Source of the DNA: an uncultured Leptospirales bacterium
GTDB lineage: Bacteria; Spirochaetota; UBA4802; UBA5550
DNA: 64,000 bases
Reading direction: 5' to 3'
NCBI GenBank assembly: GCA_964645775.1
Contig: CAZYBU010000004.1
Coordinates: 17,805 to 81,804, forward strand
Shown: in pieces, positions 49,994 to 59,945 of the stretch
How the letters are laid out: each line of letters starts with the position of its first letter
Position numbering within the stretch: position 1 is the stretch's first letter
Made by a program: the position numbers and the translations under genes
The notes under the pieces: generated by a model
Seen by the model: only the letters and a program-made list of their open reading frames with translations
Told to the model about the DNA's origin: nothing
Databases searched by the model: none

Positions 49994-51112
49994 TTATTTT
50001 ATCTGTATAGGCATTACAACAGCCGTTTGATTATCGTCATCCATGGGTCTGAGTGTTATGGGACTCATCTGCCCGGTTATAGTACAACGGACAAATTCTG
50101 AGTCGATCTCCTTAAGGGCATCAATCATGAAAACAGCATTTACTCCTATGAAAATCTCTTCCTCACTGTTACTCACAAGGGGAAGCTCCTCCTCTCCGAT
50201 ACCCACTTCCGGCGTTTGAGCCTCAATATTCAACCGATTACCTGAAAACCTCATGACTATCTTATTGGCTGGTTCTCTTGTTACCACAAGTAAACGCCTG
50301 AGTGTCTCAATGAATCTCTTCGTTTCAACTTCTGCGCTTATTATATATTCCTTTGGAATAACCTGACTGTAATTTGGAAACTGTCCTTCAACCAGTCGGG
50401 ATATAACCTCGGTATCATCAACCCTGACAAAGCACTGGTTTTCCTTCACTGATAGTAAACATGAACCCCTGGAATCAAGCAGTTTGGCTATTTCATTAAC
50501 TGTCTTTAAAGGCATTATTATTCCTTCTTCCATATCTATAACATTGTCCATACTCCTGGAAATCATTGAAAGTCTTCTGGAATCGGTGGCTACAGCCACG
50601 AGCATATTGCCTTTTTCCGTGTGAAAATGAATTCCGTTAAAGACAGGCTTAATGGTATCATGAGAAGCAGCGTAGTTAATCTTTCGAATTATATCTTTGA
50701 GAACCGATTGATCCATCTCCATTGCACTATCCATTTGAAATTCCGGGATCTCCGGATACTCTTCTTCCCCCATACCAATCAGTTCATAGTGCCCTTTCAC
50801 CTTCCCCGAAGTACCTTCGATTCGTATATTGAACATTTCATTAACAGTGATATGAAGTTCTTCGCTGGGAAATTCCTTGAGGATACCGGAAAATTTTTTC
50901 GCGTTAACAGTAAAAGCACCCGTGCCCTTATTGACTGATGATACTCGTGTCCGAACGGCAATCTCATTATCAGTTGAAAGGATGGCGAGTTCATTCTCCC
51001 TGACCTGTACCAGGCAACTGGAGAGGATCGTGTTTACATTTTTTGATGATATCACTGATTCAGCAATTGAAAGAGCTCTTTGGAGAATGTCCTTTTCGAT
51101 TGTTATTATCAT
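49994..51112 (-). CDS. dnaN: DNA polymerase III beta clamp
   Basis: STDNE, VATDSRRL, SRLVEGQFPNY, VVMPI; downstream of dnaA. Confidence 0.97.
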   Translation of the reverse strand: MIITIEKDILQRALSIAESVISSKNVNTILSSCLVQVRENELAILSTDNEIAVRTRVSSVNKGTGAFTVNAKKFSGILKEFPSEELHITVNEMFNIRIEGTSGKVKGHYELIGMGEEEYPEIPEFQMDSAMEMDQSVLKDIIRKINYAASHDTIKPVFNGIHFHTEKGNMLVAVATDSRRLSMISRSMDNVIDMEEGIIMPLKTVNEIAKLLDSRGSCLLSVKENQCFVRVDDTEVISRLVEGQFPNYSQVIPKEYIISAEVETKRFIETLRRLLVVTREPANKIVMRFSGNRLNIEAQTPEVGIGEEELPLVSNSEEEIFIGVNAVFMIDALKEIDSEFVRCTITGQMSPITLRPMDDDNQTAVVMPIQIK

Positions 51113-51125
51113 TTCCCCTTACTCC

Positions 51126-51191
51126 TATTATTATATTAATAAATATATATTTATAAAGTAGTAGTTGTAGAAAGCATGGATAAGTGGATAA
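51126..51191 (-). other. oriC unwinding region: DnaA-box pair, DnaA-trios, AT-rich tract
   Basis: Minus strand TTATCCACTTATCCATG CTTT CTACAACTACTACT TTATAAATATATATTTATTAATATAATAAT, between dnaA and dnaN. Confidence 0.85.
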
Positions 51192-51366
51192 AAAGGATAC
51201 TACCTGAAAATATCAATGGTTATTCCTTTATTTCATTGTTAACAATAGTATCGTAATTTGTTTATGAAATGGATTTTTCCAACGGTTTTTGTTATTTTCC
51301 CTGTATCTCTCAAATTATAAACATTTCTTCATGCAGGATAAACAGTCAATACACAGTCAGTAAACA

Positions 51367-52689
51367 TCACTGACGGAGTTCCATTACAATTTCATCAATG
51401 ATTTCCTGCATTTCAGGATTGCTGGAAATGTCTTCTTCAATCTTGTTAATTGCGTTTACAACGGTTGAGTGATCTCTATCTCCAAATGCCGCTCCGATTT
51501 CAGTGGTTGTCAAACCTGTCAGCTTACGGGCCGCATACATGGCAATAAACCTGGGATGGACAACACGACTCTGCCGGCTTTTAGATTTAAGATCATCAAC
51601 GGATATGTTATATATTTTACTTACGCGGGTCATAACATCATGGATGCTGACTTTTCTGCTTTCATTCTCATCAAAAAGCTCCCTGAGATGCTGTTTTGCA
51701 TGATTGATTGTTATCGGCTCGTCAATCATTGAGGATACCATTTTCAAGCGGGTAAGTGCCGCTTCCAGGGCACGAATATTTGAGCGAATCCGTTTCGCGA
51801 TGTAATAGATAACATCATCAGAAAAATCTATGTTTTCCTTCCTGGCTTTGTTTCGTAATATTGCTTCTCTGGTTTCCAGGTTGGGAGGCTGCAGGTCCGT
51901 TATCATCCCCCATTCAAATCGTGTACGAAGCCTGTCTTCCAGTGCTCGTATCTCTCTTGGGGGTCTGTCACTTGAAATAACTATTTGTTTCTTATTTTCA
52001 TAGAGTGAGTTGAAGGTATGAAAAAATTCTATCTGGGTCTCTTCTTTCCCTTCAAGGAACTGTATATCATCTATTAACAGGATGTCCACATTTCTGTATT
52101 TGATTTTAAAGCTTTCCTGTGTTCTGGTCTGAATGGAAGAAATGAATTCATTAAGAAAGTCTTCACTGGTCACGTACATTACCTTTAAATAAGGTTTATT
52201 GTCTTTGATGTCGTTTCCAATAGCCTGCATGAGATGGGTTTTACCCAGTCCTGTATTACCATAGAAGAAAAGAGGATTAATCTGGGTTGCCGGTGCCTTT
52301 GCCACGGAATGGGCAGCAGCATGAGCCAGTTGATTGTTGGGACCCACAACAAAGTTTTCAAATGTGTATTGATCATTCATCATGGCCCTTGATTCCGTAT
52401 CCAGAACCGGTTTATCAGGAGAGAAATCAGCAGAACTTATGTTGAAATCGTTTTCTGTAATAAATTCACACGATAGAGAAGATCCAGTATATTTCTGGAG
52501 CAGATTTTCGATTTTTTGACAGTAATTTTGTGTTATATGGCGTGAAGCAACATCATCTGCAACCAGAATGCGTGCTTGATTGTCACTCAGTGAATAAAGC
52601 TGAGTGTCTTTTAACCAGAGATCAAAAGATTGCTTGTTAATCTGCCCCCGGAGAGTCTCCAGAACTGAGCCCCAGATAGAACTATTCAC
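51367..52689 (-). CDS. dnaA: Chromosomal replication initiator DnaA
   Basis: YTFENFVVG, YGNTGLGKTHL, LLIDDIQF, RFEWG, RDHSTV. Probable GTG start at 52689 after GAGGTG; the ORF track starts at 52713. Confidence 0.97.
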   Translation of the reverse strand: MNSSIWGSVLETLRGQINKQSFDLWLKDTQLYSLSDNQARILVADDVASRHITQNYCQKIENLLQKYTGSSLSCEFITENDFNISSADFSPDKPVLDTESRAMMNDQYTFENFVVGPNNQLAHAAAHSVAKAPATQINPLFFYGNTGLGKTHLMQAIGNDIKDNKPYLKVMYVTSEDFLNEFISSIQTRTQESFKIKYRNVDILLIDDIQFLEGKEETQIEFFHTFNSLYENKKQIVISSDRPPREIRALEDRLRTRFEWGMITDLQPPNLETREAILRNKARKENIDFSDDVIYYIAKRIRSNIRALEAALTRLKMVSSMIDEPITINHAKQHLRELFDENESRKVSIHDVMTRVSKIYNISVDDLKSKSRQSRVVHPRFIAMYAARKLTGLTTTEIGAAFGDRDHSTVVNAINKIEEDISSNPEMQEIIDEIVMELRQ

Positions 52690-52703
52690 GGGATTCACCT
52701 CAT

Positions 52704-52977
52704 TTGTCCACAATTGTTGATAACTATGTGTATAAATACATTAATGTTCAGTACAATGCTGACAGTTTTAATAGAAATTGATGAAAAGGATTCTTGCCTA
52801 AAAATTCAGGAGAACCGATAACGTACCTAATGGACGCCATTAATTGCGGTTTTTATCAAGAAATTAATTCCCTAGCCAACGCTTAAAAAAAAAAAAATGA
52901 AAATGTGAGGATAATGTATGGAAAACCTGTGGATAACCGTACATTCTTGTGGATAAGGATGTCTTAATTGTGGGCAA
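52704..52977. other. Upstream oriC/dnaA regulatory DnaA-box cluster
   Basis: Consensus boxes TGTGTATAA (52727) and TGTGGATAA (52928, 52948); near matches TTGTCCACA (52704), TGTTGATAA (52715), TGAGGATAA (52906), TATGGAAAA (52917), TGTGGGCAA (52969). Confidence 0.85.
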
Positions 52978-52987
52978 TTGGTGGAAT

Positions 52988-53017
52988 AAAAAAGACATCC
53001 CGGAGGATGTCTTTTTT
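52988..53017. terminator. Bidirectional intrinsic terminator
   Basis: AAAAAA GACATCC CGGA GGATGTC TTTTTT, just downstream of the minus-strand gene ending at 53044. Confidence 0.88.
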
Positions 53018-53043
53018 ATACTCGTTGATTTTTGAAAAGAAGC

Positions 53044-54114
53044 TTATTCTGTTACTGCTTCAATCGTTGTTTCAGGGGGGATGGTATCCACTACGACCTT
53101 AAGAATGGTAACATTGGAAATATTACCCACATTGTCTACAGCCTGGGCCTCGATAACATGCTCACCGTTCGTGGTAAAGGAGATAGGGCTTGTGTAAGGT
53201 ACGAACTTTCCTTTACCATCGATACGATAGTGAATCGCATGTACGCCTGAACCCTGGTCTTCAGCGGAAAGGGTGTATTTAACGTCTGTCTTTGCGACAG
53301 GAGTTAAATCAGATTCCTTCAGCTCTTTATCCGGGGTGATCGTAACAGTGGGAGCCGTATTATCAGCCGTGAGTTTAAGCGATGTCACCTTGGCGGTTGT
53401 TTCAGTATTATCCTTGTCAACCGTGGTGATAGCGAATTCGTTGTTCCTGTTGGCCACATTATCAACAGCCTGAACGGTAAGTTCCACGCTGTCCTCTGTT
53501 TTAATGCTGAAAGGGGAAGCGTAAACTTTGGTGTCTTCTCCACTGACAGTATATCCGATCCTGTAGACACCAGAAAGTTTGTCTTCGGCCATGATCGAAA
53601 ACTTGTTTGAATTGGTGAAGTATACTACGTCACCGGTTTTGAAAAGTGGGTGAGTGCTATCAAGAGTTACTTCAGGTCCTGTTGCGTCAATAATGACCGT
53701 GAAGGTTTTCTCAATCTCAGTATTATCATTAAGGTCAACCCCATAATAGGTAATGGTGTGTTTGCCCTCTTCCTCGACACTGAAAGGTTTTTCGTATTTC
53801 TGCGCTTCACCACCATCCATCTTGTAAAAAATTTCACCCATGGATATATTATCAATGGATTTTAGCTGAAATTTTACCTTTGTGTTTGCGTAGATGGAAT
53901 CGACAGAGGTATATACCTTACCGGCTTTGCTCTCTTTCGTTTCCAATTCTGTCTTTTCAGTCATAGCACTTTCATCTGTGTCTGACTTCTCGTCTCTGGC
54001 TTCATCGACAACTCTGTCTTCAGTATTGACTGGCTCATCCTGAGAAAAGGCCTGGACCGAAAAGAAGATCCCGACCAGGAGACAGAATGAAAAAATTTGA
54101 ATTCTCCTGTGCAT
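53044..54114 (-). CDS. OmpL47-like exported protein with tandem Ig-like beta domains
   Basis: Signal peptide; repeated Y..DG...Y..P......G.H......D..N units; D.T.P linkers. Confidence 0.8.
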   Translation of the reverse strand: MHRRIQIFSFCLLVGIFFSVQAFSQDEPVNTEDRVVDEARDEKSDTDESAMTEKTELETKESKAGKVYTSVDSIYANTKVKFQLKSIDNISMGEIFYKMDGGEAQKYEKPFSVEEEGKHTITYYGVDLNDNTEIEKTFTVIIDATGPEVTLDSTHPLFKTGDVVYFTNSNKFSIMAEDKLSGVYRIGYTVSGEDTKVYASPFSIKTEDSVELTVQAVDNVANRNNEFAITTVDKDNTETTAKVTSLKLTADNTAPTVTITPDKELKESDLTPVAKTDVKYTLSAEDQGSGVHAIHYRIDGKGKFVPYTSPISFTTNGEHVIEAQAVDNVGNISNVTILKVVVDTIPPETTIEAVTE

Positions 54115-54132
54115 AAATTACCTCCAAACCTG

Positions 54133-54194
54133 TTGGAATATTATTCCAATATCTCTGAGATTGAAAATTATGGATGTATATACAGTTATGTCAA
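54133..54194 (-). promoter_or_regulatory. Promoter with downstream inverted repeat
   Basis: Minus strand TTGACA (54194-54189), 16 bp, CATAAT (54172-54167); TTGGAATA-T-TATTCCAA at 54133-54149; GGAGG RBS at 54121-54125. Confidence 0.6.
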
Positions 54195-54247
54195 ATCATT
54201 TACCCCTACTTATGATGAAAATATTATAAAACAGAGTCTTTTAGCTT

Positions 54248-55882
54248 TTATTGATTGCTTAATGAATTCACCTGTTTTCTGTAATAATTGTTGCCTGGTT
54301 CACGTTTCAGCGCTTCCCTGTACCATCTAAGGGCTTCACCCCGGTTATCAAGTTTATACTGATAGATGTATGCAAGTCTTCCCGCAGGAAAACTGTAATC
54401 ACTATGATACATGGCGGCCCTTTTCAGGTAAAGAATTGCCTGACTGTACTCCCCCTTATTCTGGTATGCAATACCAATATTAACATTACTGTATTTATGT
54501 TTTGGATTATACTGCAGTGATTTGTTGTAATACTTGATAGCGGAGTCGTATTCACCCCGTTTTAGATGGATATAGGCTATCTCTCCCCAGCCGGGGGCGT
54601 AGTCCGGTTTGATACGAACGGTCTTCCAGAAATAAATGAGAGCCTTGTCGTATTCTTCGAGGTGTCTATATCCGATACCCAGGTTATTGAGTCCTTTCAG
54701 GTAATTTGGATACTTCTCAACGATCGTCTTGTACATCTCCAGGGCTTCCTGGTATTTCTTCTGCCTGGAATATACAACTCCGATATTCATGTAAGCTGTC
54801 CTGTATTCCGGATCTACCTCGATGGCTTTGCGGAAATATTTCTCCGCAAGGTCATATTTTTTCTGATTCAGGTAAATAATACCCAGATTGTTATTGGCAT
54901 CTGCCATGAACGAATTCAGGTGAAGAGCTTTTCGTAAATATTTTTCTTCAAGGGTGTCATTATATCCGAATATCCGGCTCATGAGAAACCAGGCCTCGGC
55001 ATTGTTCTGATTGATGTCTATAGCCTTGCGGGTGTAGGTTTCACATTTTTTCCATTTGTCTTTTACCCTGTTCTGGTCTACATTCTGGTAATACTTCGCC
55101 AGAGCAAGAACCGCTTCATCCAGACGGGGACTTATCTTCAGGGCAATACGGCTGTTTTCCGATGATTCTTCAAGGAGTTCAGGGTCAATAATGTTCTTAT
55201 AATTTTTTTGCTGCCAGTAAAGACCGGCATAGGACTTGGCCAGACCCGCGTAAGCCAGGCTGTACTTATCATCAATTGTTATGGCTTTCTTGAACATGGA
55301 GATAGCTTCGGTATATCTGGTCTGGAAATAAAAAGTCTGGGCCCGGGAGTAGAACTCATAGGCTGAGACGTTCTTTGTAAAGTTTTGGGTTACACGATTT
55401 TTTACTTCCCGGGTAAGTTCAATATTACTTTCATTAATGATTTTGAGCGCGATCTCATCTTCTAAAGAAAATATGTTATCAATGATACCGGTCGTCTGAA
55501 CGTGGCGGAGTACCCTGTGGCTTTCGACATCAACGATCTTGGCAGAAATTCGAACATTCTTTCCATATATCTGGAAATTGCCAACGACCAGAAGATCAGC
55601 ATTCATGGCCTTACCGGCCTGTTTAGCCGAGTTTTCATCGATAAGGCCGGACTGGCCCAGCTGAATCTCTTTCATTACCTTATCGATATTGGTCCGGTCA
55701 ATAACAATATACTCCTGAACATTTCGGAGCTTCTGGGAGATAGATTCAGCGATACCGATCTCAAGCCATACGAAGTCGCTGTTATTGCTCAGGTTCCTGA
55801 AAGCCGTTACCCCAATGACCTTCTCTGCGTGAAGAGGAAGAGCAAAAAGTGACAGGAGGAACAGAACCAGAAAAGTTCGCAT
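54248..55882 (-). CDS. Exported CsgG/FlgO(TolB-N)-like domain plus TPR protein
   Basis: Signal peptide from ATG 55882; VIDRTNIDKVMKEIQLGQSGLID...ADLLVVGNF; many TPR motifs. Confidence 0.87.
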   Translation of the reverse strand: MRTFLVLFLLSLFALPLHAEKVIGVTAFRNLSNNSDFVWLEIGIAESISQKLRNVQEYIVIDRTNIDKVMKEIQLGQSGLIDENSAKQAGKAMNADLLVVGNFQIYGKNVRISAKIVDVESHRVLRHVQTTGIIDNIFSLEDEIALKIINESNIELTREVKNRVTQNFTKNVSAYEFYSRAQTFYFQTRYTEAISMFKKAITIDDKYSLAYAGLAKSYAGLYWQQKNYKNIIDPELLEESSENSRIALKISPRLDEAVLALAKYYQNVDQNRVKDKWKKCETYTRKAIDINQNNAEAWFLMSRIFGYNDTLEEKYLRKALHLNSFMADANNNLGIIYLNQKKYDLAEKYFRKAIEVDPEYRTAYMNIGVVYSRQKKYQEALEMYKTIVEKYPNYLKGLNNLGIGYRHLEEYDKALIYFWKTVRIKPDYAPGWGEIAYIHLKRGEYDSAIKYYNKSLQYNPKHKYSNVNIGIAYQNKGEYSQAILYLKRAAMYHSDYSFPAGRLAYIYQYKLDNRGEALRWYREALKREPGNNYYRKQVNSLSNQ

Positions 55883-56080
55883 CGGTTTACCTCTCAGAGA
55901 TATTGTAGTGTATAAAACGTGGAAATTAGGCAAAGGCAAGTCCTTTTTTTGATTGATGGAAAGAGGATGAAGGAACTATTCGGACTTGTGCCTGGAGGTA
56001 TATGTGGTTGAATTTTTTTCTGCCTGTATTAGATTGATTCATCAGGTACGTATTTAGAATATCCGGTAAGGAGGATTGGG

Positions 56081-56410
56081 ATGAGTGTTCTGATTAAAGA
56101 CATTCAGAGGAATAACAAGGAGATTATCCGTATAGAAGTTTCCGAATTCAAGGGACGGGAGCTTATCAATATTCGGATATGGTATCAGTCGATAGACGAA
56201 AACGGTCAGATAACCTATAAACCCACACAGAAGGGTGTGGCTCTGAATATTAAGGAATTTCAGGAACTGAAGGACGGAATTGTGCGACTTGAACAATATA
56301 TCATGGATAGATCTGATGGAGCTGTACCCGAGCAACCTGTCGATATTGTCAGTGAAGAGACCATTGAAGAACCGGATGATGAAGAAGAAAAAAAAGAGAC
56401 GGAAGAATAA
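56081..56410 (+). CDS. PC4/YdbC-like ssDNA-binding protein with acidic tail
   Basis: RIEVSEFKGRELINIRIWY...YKPTQKGVAL; GGAGG RBS. Confidence 0.88.
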   Translation: MSVLIKDIQRNNKEIIRIEVSEFKGRELINIRIWYQSIDENGQITYKPTQKGVALNIKEFQELKDGIVRLEQYIMDRSDGAVPEQPVDIVSEETIEEPDDEEEKKETEE

Positions 56411-57829
56411 TCAGGTAAGCGTGATAACCCCCTGGCGATTGAGTTCAAGAATGAACCCGGTCACTTTCTGGCGGGCTTTTTCTATCTGCATTTCGTCCTG
56501 AAGTATGTCCGGGTTTACCCTGCCGGAAACCGCGTCCTCGACAAGGCTCCCGGCTCCGGCTGGAAGGGAGGATGATATAGACTGTACAAGCGCTTTTGAG
56601 CAACCCTTCAGTGCCGTGGACAGAAGAAACCATCCTGCTTCATCAAGCAGATGATGAAATCCCTCCCTGTCTTCAATGGATCGCATAAGGACTTCGAAGT
56701 TTTTCAGGTACCCCCTGAATCTTCTGACGTCCAGCTCCCGATAGTTTAGAAGAAATCGGGCCTGAGCCTCCATCCCCGAGATCAGCATCTCCGGCCTTTC
56801 AAGATACACGGAAATATCTTCCATTCGGTTATCAGAGATATAGGGCAGGAGTCTCTTTTCTATGTCTTTGGAACTCCGAATAATGGAAGCAAGGTCTTTC
56901 TCTCCTGTGCGAGCAAGGCTCTGGTTAATCAGGTTCTTTTCAATACATTCATCCAGCCACTGATCAAAGGGTTTACGAAGTAGAAGTCGAATAGACCGCA
57001 ACAGTACGATTATTCTGGATACATCCTGCCATTCATGAAATTCATTAAAAGGACCGCCTTTTCTTAGCATGGATGAGAGAGCCTCTTCCACTGAGTAGAC
57101 GCCCTGCTGCACGTCCCGCTTATTTATGCCTTCTCTTCTGTATCGTTTTCGAAGGGAAGTGAGATCGTTCTGCCGGTTGCGCGACAGCATGCCTCGAATG
57201 TCCAGGGCTCGTCCTGGAAAGGCATATATCAGGAGCAGAACCTGATAGAGAGAAATCGAGGATGAGGAAAGAAGATTGCGCAACAGTCCGTGCAGGGAAG
57301 GACGGCCAAGGTCTTCCATGAGAACTGGAAGGGAGGGCCTGAGTATACCTGGATTCAGATAGAACTCCTCGACCTGACGTTCAATCTCCTCTCCAGGCTT
57401 GAAATGCATGAATCTCTTGAAGAACAATTCAGGCAGGACAAGGGTGACCTGTCTCTCAACCTTCCCAGGAAAAAGAATATCCAGCTCGTATCCTTCCCCA
57501 GGTATCTTTTCTGCAATATCGTACCGTGGATGGATGGTTCGATTGAATAACACGGGTCCGCAAAGTATAATTCCGGGGAGAGAGTTTTCAATCATTTCAC
57601 CGAGCTTATCTTCAGGGACCGGTTTCTCACTGTCCTGTTCCAGGTATATACTGCATTTTCTACTGAGCGTGATGGAAAATCCCGGTGTCTGCCGGGATAC
57701 CCATCGCTTTCTGACAGGACCCACGGCATGAAATGGAAACGTGCGATCTCCTTCCAGGTTTAAAAGAGATAGTTTCAGGAGATGAGAAGAAAGATTAATC
57801 ATGGAGAGGGTGGGCGGGCCTGTCTTCAT
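56411..57829 (-). CDS. Hypothetical protein with FliG C-terminal-like repeats
   Basis: C-terminus LLSTALKGCS...IEKARQKVTGFILELNRQGVI resembles FliG-C. Confidence 0.6.
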   Translation of the reverse strand: MKTGPPTLSMINLSSHLLKLSLLNLEGDRTFPFHAVGPVRKRWVSRQTPGFSITLSRKCSIYLEQDSEKPVPEDKLGEMIENSLPGIILCGPVLFNRTIHPRYDIAEKIPGEGYELDILFPGKVERQVTLVLPELFFKRFMHFKPGEEIERQVEEFYLNPGILRPSLPVLMEDLGRPSLHGLLRNLLSSSSISLYQVLLLIYAFPGRALDIRGMLSRNRQNDLTSLRKRYRREGINKRDVQQGVYSVEEALSSMLRKGGPFNEFHEWQDVSRIIVLLRSIRLLLRKPFDQWLDECIEKNLINQSLARTGEKDLASIIRSSKDIEKRLLPYISDNRMEDISVYLERPEMLISGMEAQARFLLNYRELDVRRFRGYLKNFEVLMRSIEDREGFHHLLDEAGWFLLSTALKGCSKALVQSISSSLPAGAGSLVEDAVSGRVNPDILQDEMQIEKARQKVTGFILELNRQGVITLT

Positions 57830-59945
57830 TTAAACCGGAAAAGTATTTACCGGAGAAGAACTGGATATCAAGATCAATGAGGACCTGATATTCTTCTTCA
57901 GATTCAATATTTTTTGCTCCTGCGGGGATGGCAAGCTGGTCCAGGAAAAGCTTCATTGAACTGAGAAGTTTGATCCGTTCCTTGAAGAGGTGTATATTGC
58001 GAATCATCTCTTCGGAGAAGATACATATCTCTATATCATGGTTCGCTGCGAATAAGAGAATCGAACTGTTAATATAACAGTTGTCGATGCCGATTCTCTG
58101 AGCCTTCCCCTTAATGGTTCTGCTGAAGGTTTCCAAATCGGATGCGTTAAGAAGGCATATTACCCGCTCCGGGTTCAGGTGCCTGTATAGTGTTTCTAGA
58201 TAAACAGGGGTCTGCTCTGAGCAGGGAATCGGGATCAATATATCATTATTTGTAGAGAAGCCATCCAGTTCAGGTATCATGGCAACGATCTCAAGAAACC
58301 GTTCATGCTGGCAGGTGGCTGTGTGAAGAAGCATATTCAACAGATCGGGGTTATGGTCATGGTAAGAGAACCGGATAAAGGTATAGGGACCGGGTTTCCC
58401 CTCCCTGTCGGCAAGATGCTGAATACGTAAGTTATTCTTTAGAATCTTCCGGTTTTGGTTGTCCCGAAGATTCACAAGCAAATCCATATATGATTTCCCG
58501 TGATCCGTCAGGGGTATTTTGCTCTGACGAATGGTTTGGAGTGACCTGTACTGATGACGAGGATTCTCCATGTCCAGTTCAAAGACTCCGCTTGCGAATT
58601 TAATATCCATGTAATGGGACCCGATCTGCTGAATAATTTCATTTACGATCTCCTGACAGATCTCCTGGAAACGACTGATATTTATGGAGAAATCGACCAC
58701 ACTGGGAAAAAGAACGATGAATTCATATTCAAAAAAATCGGATATTCCAATATAAGTATCTGAGGGAAATGTCATCTGGCAGCTGCGGGCAAGGATACGG
58801 TTCAGGTTTTCGATACTGTAACGGTAGTTATCATAGCCGGTCTGTTCTTCTCGGTCGAATATGGAGAGTGCCTCAACAATCAAGACACCGATGCTGCGAA
58901 CCTGGAAATCGAGAGAAAAAATCTGGTCAAGAACAACAGGGAGGAAAGGTCTTCCTGTAACCGCTTCCCTCCTGGCGTCATCCGTAAATATCCCGGATGA
59001 AGGTTTCAGGTATTCCCAGAATCGATCCTTTCGAAGCATCATTGAGTTGAAGATGTATATCCTGTTTCTGCCGTCCTCTTTTGCGTGATAGAGGGCCTGG
59101 TCTGCCCTTGACAGCAGCTCAGAAACATTGCCGGCCATGAGAGGATAGGTGGCAATACCGGCGCTGAAGGATACGGTGAAGGTCCTCGACTCATGTTCAA
59201 AGGCCAGGGATGAGAAATAATAAAGGAGCACGCGTATTTTTTCACGAGACTGGTCTGCGTCCATACCTGTTAGAAGGACAACAAACTCTTCTCCTCCGAA
59301 TCGGGCAGGGAAGAATGAAGGGGATGTAATTTCTTTTAATATTTCCGCCAGTTTCATCAGAACCCTGTCACCGGTCTGGTGGCCGAAGGTATCGTTTACA
59401 TACTTGAAATGATCGATGTCGAGAATAACAAGGCTAATGGTCATATCCGGTCGGTTAATGATAAGTTGTCTGAATTTATGTATGAATTCTTTACGGTTGT
59501 AGAGACGGGTAAGTTCGTCCGTTATGGTTAAAAGGTAGAATTCCTGGTATTTGCTGATACTGGTCGTTACGGATGCACGGAATTCATCCATTTCATCAGG
59601 ATAATTAAGATAGATATCAGCGCCTTCTTCATAAGCCTTTAATTTGGGAACGTTCCCATTTTGTGGAGATAGAATGATAAAAGGGATCAGTTTTGTCTTT
59701 ATACTGTGGCGTATCGTTTTCAGGAGTTTAATGCTGTCAAAGCCTTCAGGATTGTCGTAGGTAATGATCAGTGTGGGAAGGTTGTAGGTTATGGAACTCA
59801 GCGCGTCGTAGATGTTATCAATTACCTGAATCTGAAGAGTATCATCCAGGTGGCGTATAACATGTTTTGAAACGTCCGGTTTATCACAGACAAGAAGGAT
59901 TCTGGAACCGGAAGACTCAGGAGACATAATTTGCCGCAGCTTCAT
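57795..59945 (-). CDS. Atypical receiver-GGDEF diguanylate cyclase with degenerate GGDEF/EAL C-terminus
   Basis: DELTRLYNR, DIDHFKYVNDTFGH, RFGGEEF; C-terminal GIDNC...AKNIESEEEY...FFSGKYF EAL remnant. Confidence 0.88.
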   Translation of the reverse strand: MKLRQIMSPESSGSRILLVCDKPDVSKHVIRHLDDTLQIQVIDNIYDALSSITYNLPTLIITYDNPEGFDSIKLLKTIRHSIKTKLIPFIILSPQNGNVPKLKAYEEGADIYLNYPDEMDEFRASVTTSISKYQEFYLLTITDELTRLYNRKEFIHKFRQLIINRPDMTISLVILDIDHFKYVNDTFGHQTGDRVLMKLAEILKEITSPSFFPARFGGEEFVVLLTGMDADQSREKIRVLLYYFSSLAFEHESRTFTVSFSAGIATYPLMAGNVSELLSRADQALYHAKEDGRNRIYIFNSMMLRKDRFWEYLKPSSGIFTDDARREAVTGRPFLPVVLDQIFSLDFQVRSIGVLIVEALSIFDREEQTGYDNYRYSIENLNRILARSCQMTFPSDTYIGISDFFEYEFIVLFPSVVDFSINISRFQEICQEIVNEIIQQIGSHYMDIKFASGVFELDMENPRHQYRSLQTIRQSKIPLTDHGKSYMDLLVNLRDNQNRKILKNNLRIQHLADREGKPGPYTFIRFSYHDHNPDLLNMLLHTATCQHERFLEIVAMIPELDGFSTNNDILIPIPCSEQTPVYLETLYRHLNPERVICLLNASDLETFSRTIKGKAQRIGIDNCYINSSILLFAANHDIEICIFSEEMIRNIHLFKERIKLLSSMKLFLDQLAIPAGAKNIESEEEYQVLIDLDIQFFSGKYFSGLNEDRPAHPLHD

